Source: Bdellovibrionales bacterium (GTDB lineage: Bacteria; Bdellovibrionota; Bdellovibrionia; Bdellovibrionales; UBA1609). From it: DNA of 36,513 nt. The DNA lies in the NCBI GenBank assembly GCA_050246815.1, contig JBFWVI010000032.1, positions 1 through 36,513 of the forward strand, written 5' to 3'. The notes under the pieces were generated by a model. That model ran no database searches, was not told the origin of the DNA, and saw only the letters and a program-made list of their open reading frames with translations. Both the position numbers and the translations under genes were made by a program. Shown here piece by piece: positions 34,971-36,513 of the stretch. The stretch's first letter is position 1. Each line of letters opens with the position of its first letter.

Positions 34971-35338
34971 AAAAATTAATTGTTTCAATTAAGTCATCTT
35001 CTGAATCTTTGTCTGACTTTAAAAAGGCTTTGCGTGACGCCAAAAAGGGCAAACTCAAAGAAGATCATTTCGAGTTGTCTTTTGATAACAAGAAGGACTT
35101 CGATAGGTTTGTTAAAAACCTAAGCGTGTTGTCGGCAATTTTGATTCACAAGCCCAAGTCGGTTTATGAGCTGGCTAAGATTGTCGATGTCGATGTGTCA
35201 AACTTGAATAAGTTGATATTGTTCTTCGAAGTTGTGGGCGCCATTAAAATTAAAACGTCAAAAGTGGCTGGGCGAACAGTGAAAACTCCGGTTGTTGAAT
35301 ATGACCAGATCGAGTTTGATCTGAAGGCGGCTGGGTAG
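34967..35338 (+). CDS. HTH DNA-binding antitoxin (HVO_A0114-like)
   Basis: KPKSVYELAKIVDVDVSNL...GRTVKTPVVEYDQIEF; GGAG RBS; follows the DUF6516-like gene. Confidence 0.8.
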   Translation: MKKLIVSIKSSSESLSDFKKALRDAKKGKLKEDHFELSFDNKKDFDRFVKNLSVLSAILIHKPKSVYELAKIVDVDVSNLNKLILFFEVVGAIKIKTSKVAGRTVKTPVVEYDQIEFDLKAAG

Positions 35339-35436
35339 CGTGGATTCGTTAAGAAACAACTCTTAATCGGGCCTATAGGCCTCGATAGAGCTAACCGAAC
35401 TGCTTATTTTTGTGGCAGTATGCGCGTAAAAAGAAA

Positions 35437-36318
35437 ATGGAGCTCTTTTTGGATCAAATCTCGAGGGACAAGCTATTGATAAATGAACGAAAAGCAGCAG
35501 CAAAACTGCGCCCAAAGCCAGGGGAGTTAGTCCAAGCGGCGTCATTTGCATTTCTAAATGCTAAAGACTACCTCGACTCAGCTAAAGCTTTACTCCAAGC
35601 TCAGCCCCATCATTCGTATATTTGTTTGATTGCGGCAATAGAAGAACTCGGCAAGCTGATAAAAGTCATAGACCTATTGATCTCTTGGAAGGAACCGCAA
35701 AAAGTTAAGGATTTTTTAAGTCGGCATAAAAATCATGAGTGGAAGATGCGACCACTTGTTGATTTTTTCATTGAAGCATATTTTCAGCAGCCATTGCAGG
35801 CTGAATTTATTGAAATCATCTCCAAAAAATTTGGAATTAAAGACGTAGAGTCATTGCTTTCATTTCTCGAGCACGATCCGACGGCGAAGTTGCATGAAAT
35901 CCGTTTGAGCGTGTCATACACAGGGTTTGATGGCCGGATAGCTGTAAGCCCTCATCATGCGGCCCAATTCGTCGAGGGGGATCTGCTCAAGTTATTGGTT
36001 AACGGAGCGGCTAAGGCATTCACTATTATTGATAAAATATTGTCGGAGCTGCTTGCGGTTCTTTGGCAGCCGATTCGAGAGTGTTTTTTTGAGAAGGATC
36101 GTAAGAAAGCTGGTGATTTAAAGCGAGAAATTAATCGTCGGGTTGACAGAGCACCAGCGGCAGTCCGTAAAGCATTTAACGACTTTATTTTTAAGAAATT
36201 TGGAATTTCTATTGAGGCGCTCGAAGACATAGCAAAATTGGGTGATCCTAAGGGCTGGCTTACGCATGAAGAGTTTTTAGAGTTTGCGATTGATGTAAAG
36301 CGCCTCATCCTCAGTTGA
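35437..36318 (+). CDS. AbiV-like (HEPN) abortive infection protein with C-terminal extension
   Basis: NAKDYLDSAKALL...AIEELGK, NHEWK, R-x-x-x-x-Y (IRLSVSYTG); ATG 35437 or TTG 35410; stop codon coincides with the IS end. Confidence 0.7.
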   Translation: MELFLDQISRDKLLINERKAAAKLRPKPGELVQAASFAFLNAKDYLDSAKALLQAQPHHSYICLIAAIEELGKLIKVIDLLISWKEPQKVKDFLSRHKNHEWKMRPLVDFFIEAYFQQPLQAEFIEIISKKFGIKDVESLLSFLEHDPTAKLHEIRLSVSYTGFDGRIAVSPHHAAQFVEGDLLKLLVNGAAKAFTIIDKILSELLAVLWQPIRECFFEKDRKKAGDLKREINRRVDRAPAAVRKAFNDFIFKKFGISIEALEDIAKLGDPKGWLTHEEFLEFAIDVKRLILS

Positions 36319-36386
36319 CCTGGCCGGCTTAAATTGGTCCAGGTTTAATGTTAATCTTGGCCCAGAAAGAGGTCAGATATGGCTAG
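36316..36386 (+). mobile_element. Left end of an IS3-family element (IS407-group-like), interrupted after the orfA start
   Basis: TGACCTGGCCGGCTTAAATTGGTCCAGGTTTAATGTTA terminal repeat, GAGG RBS, ATG GCT AG at 36379, then an abrupt switch to a second IS end. Confidence 0.65.
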
Positions 36387-36513
36387 TGGAGTTGCCCCGA
36401 ATTAGTGGACACAAAATACCCTCAGGGGGTAGAAGGAGTCCATTATGTCAAAGAAAGCCAAACGTTATTCGAGCGAGTTTAGAGACCGCATGGTTGAGCT
36501 GATACGCTCTGGC
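36387..36513 (+). mobile_element. IS3-family element, left end (runs off the window)
   Basis: TGGAGTTGCCCCGAATTAGTGGACAC matches the IS3 IRL pattern TG...CCCC...TAGTGGACA; followed by AAGGAG and orfA. Confidence 0.85.
36445..36513 (+). CDS. IS3 transposase OrfA, 5' partial
   Basis: Manual translation MSKKAKRYSSEFRDRMVELIRSG matches the R-Y-S-x-E-F-K/R start of HTH_Tnp_1. Confidence 0.85.
   Translation, partial: MSKKAKRYSSEFRDRMVELIRSG

Noticed and set aside
32947..36318. Integron cassette array
   Set aside because: Genes overlap or abut with no room for attC sites, orientation is mixed, and no integrase is present
1..36513. CRISPR array, rRNA, tRNA, riboswitch or prophage structural genes
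   Set aside because: No regularly spaced repeats, RNA-gene signatures or phage hallmark proteins were recognised by eye; a covariance-model search would be needed to exclude small RNAs

Overview
Bacterial chromosomal segment of about 36.5 kb. Gene content (Cache-HAMP adenylate cyclase next to a FecR/FnIII protein, CCGA(A/T)AA promoter boxes, many secreted orphans) suggests a Bdellovibrionota-like organism; this is inference only. The left part (1-13.7 kb) is mostly core genes: two tandem MBOAT-like membrane proteins, queD, a TraB/TIKI-like secreted protein, adenylate cyclase, FecR protein, membrane LbH acyltransferase, an atypical OmpR-type regulator, VOC protein, hflX, DUF72 and ppa. 13.7-19.0 kb is a heavy-metal RND efflux operon with no membrane-fusion protein gene. 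It is led by an apparently leaderless, exported Cys/His-rich upstream ORF ending GPFQPPRA, whose stop codon lies 5 nt before an anti-Shine-Dalgarno able to occlude the RND ribosome-binding site. This is the best candidate for an undescribed metal-responsive ribosome-stalling switch. 19.3-25 kb holds a two-component cluster and a DNase I-like lipoprotein. 25-30.3 kb is a trehalose divergon whose OtsA carries a receptor-like TM-periplasmic-TM-HAMP-like N-terminus. The AT-richer right end carries a Ca2+/cation antiporter, a LysR regulator, and a 3.4 kb block bounded by IS3-type ends (Rid/VOC operon, DUF6516-type toxin-antitoxin pair, AbiV-like gene), ending in nested IS3 elements. No rRNA, tRNA or CRISPR array was seen. 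All family assignments are by motif recognition, not database search.
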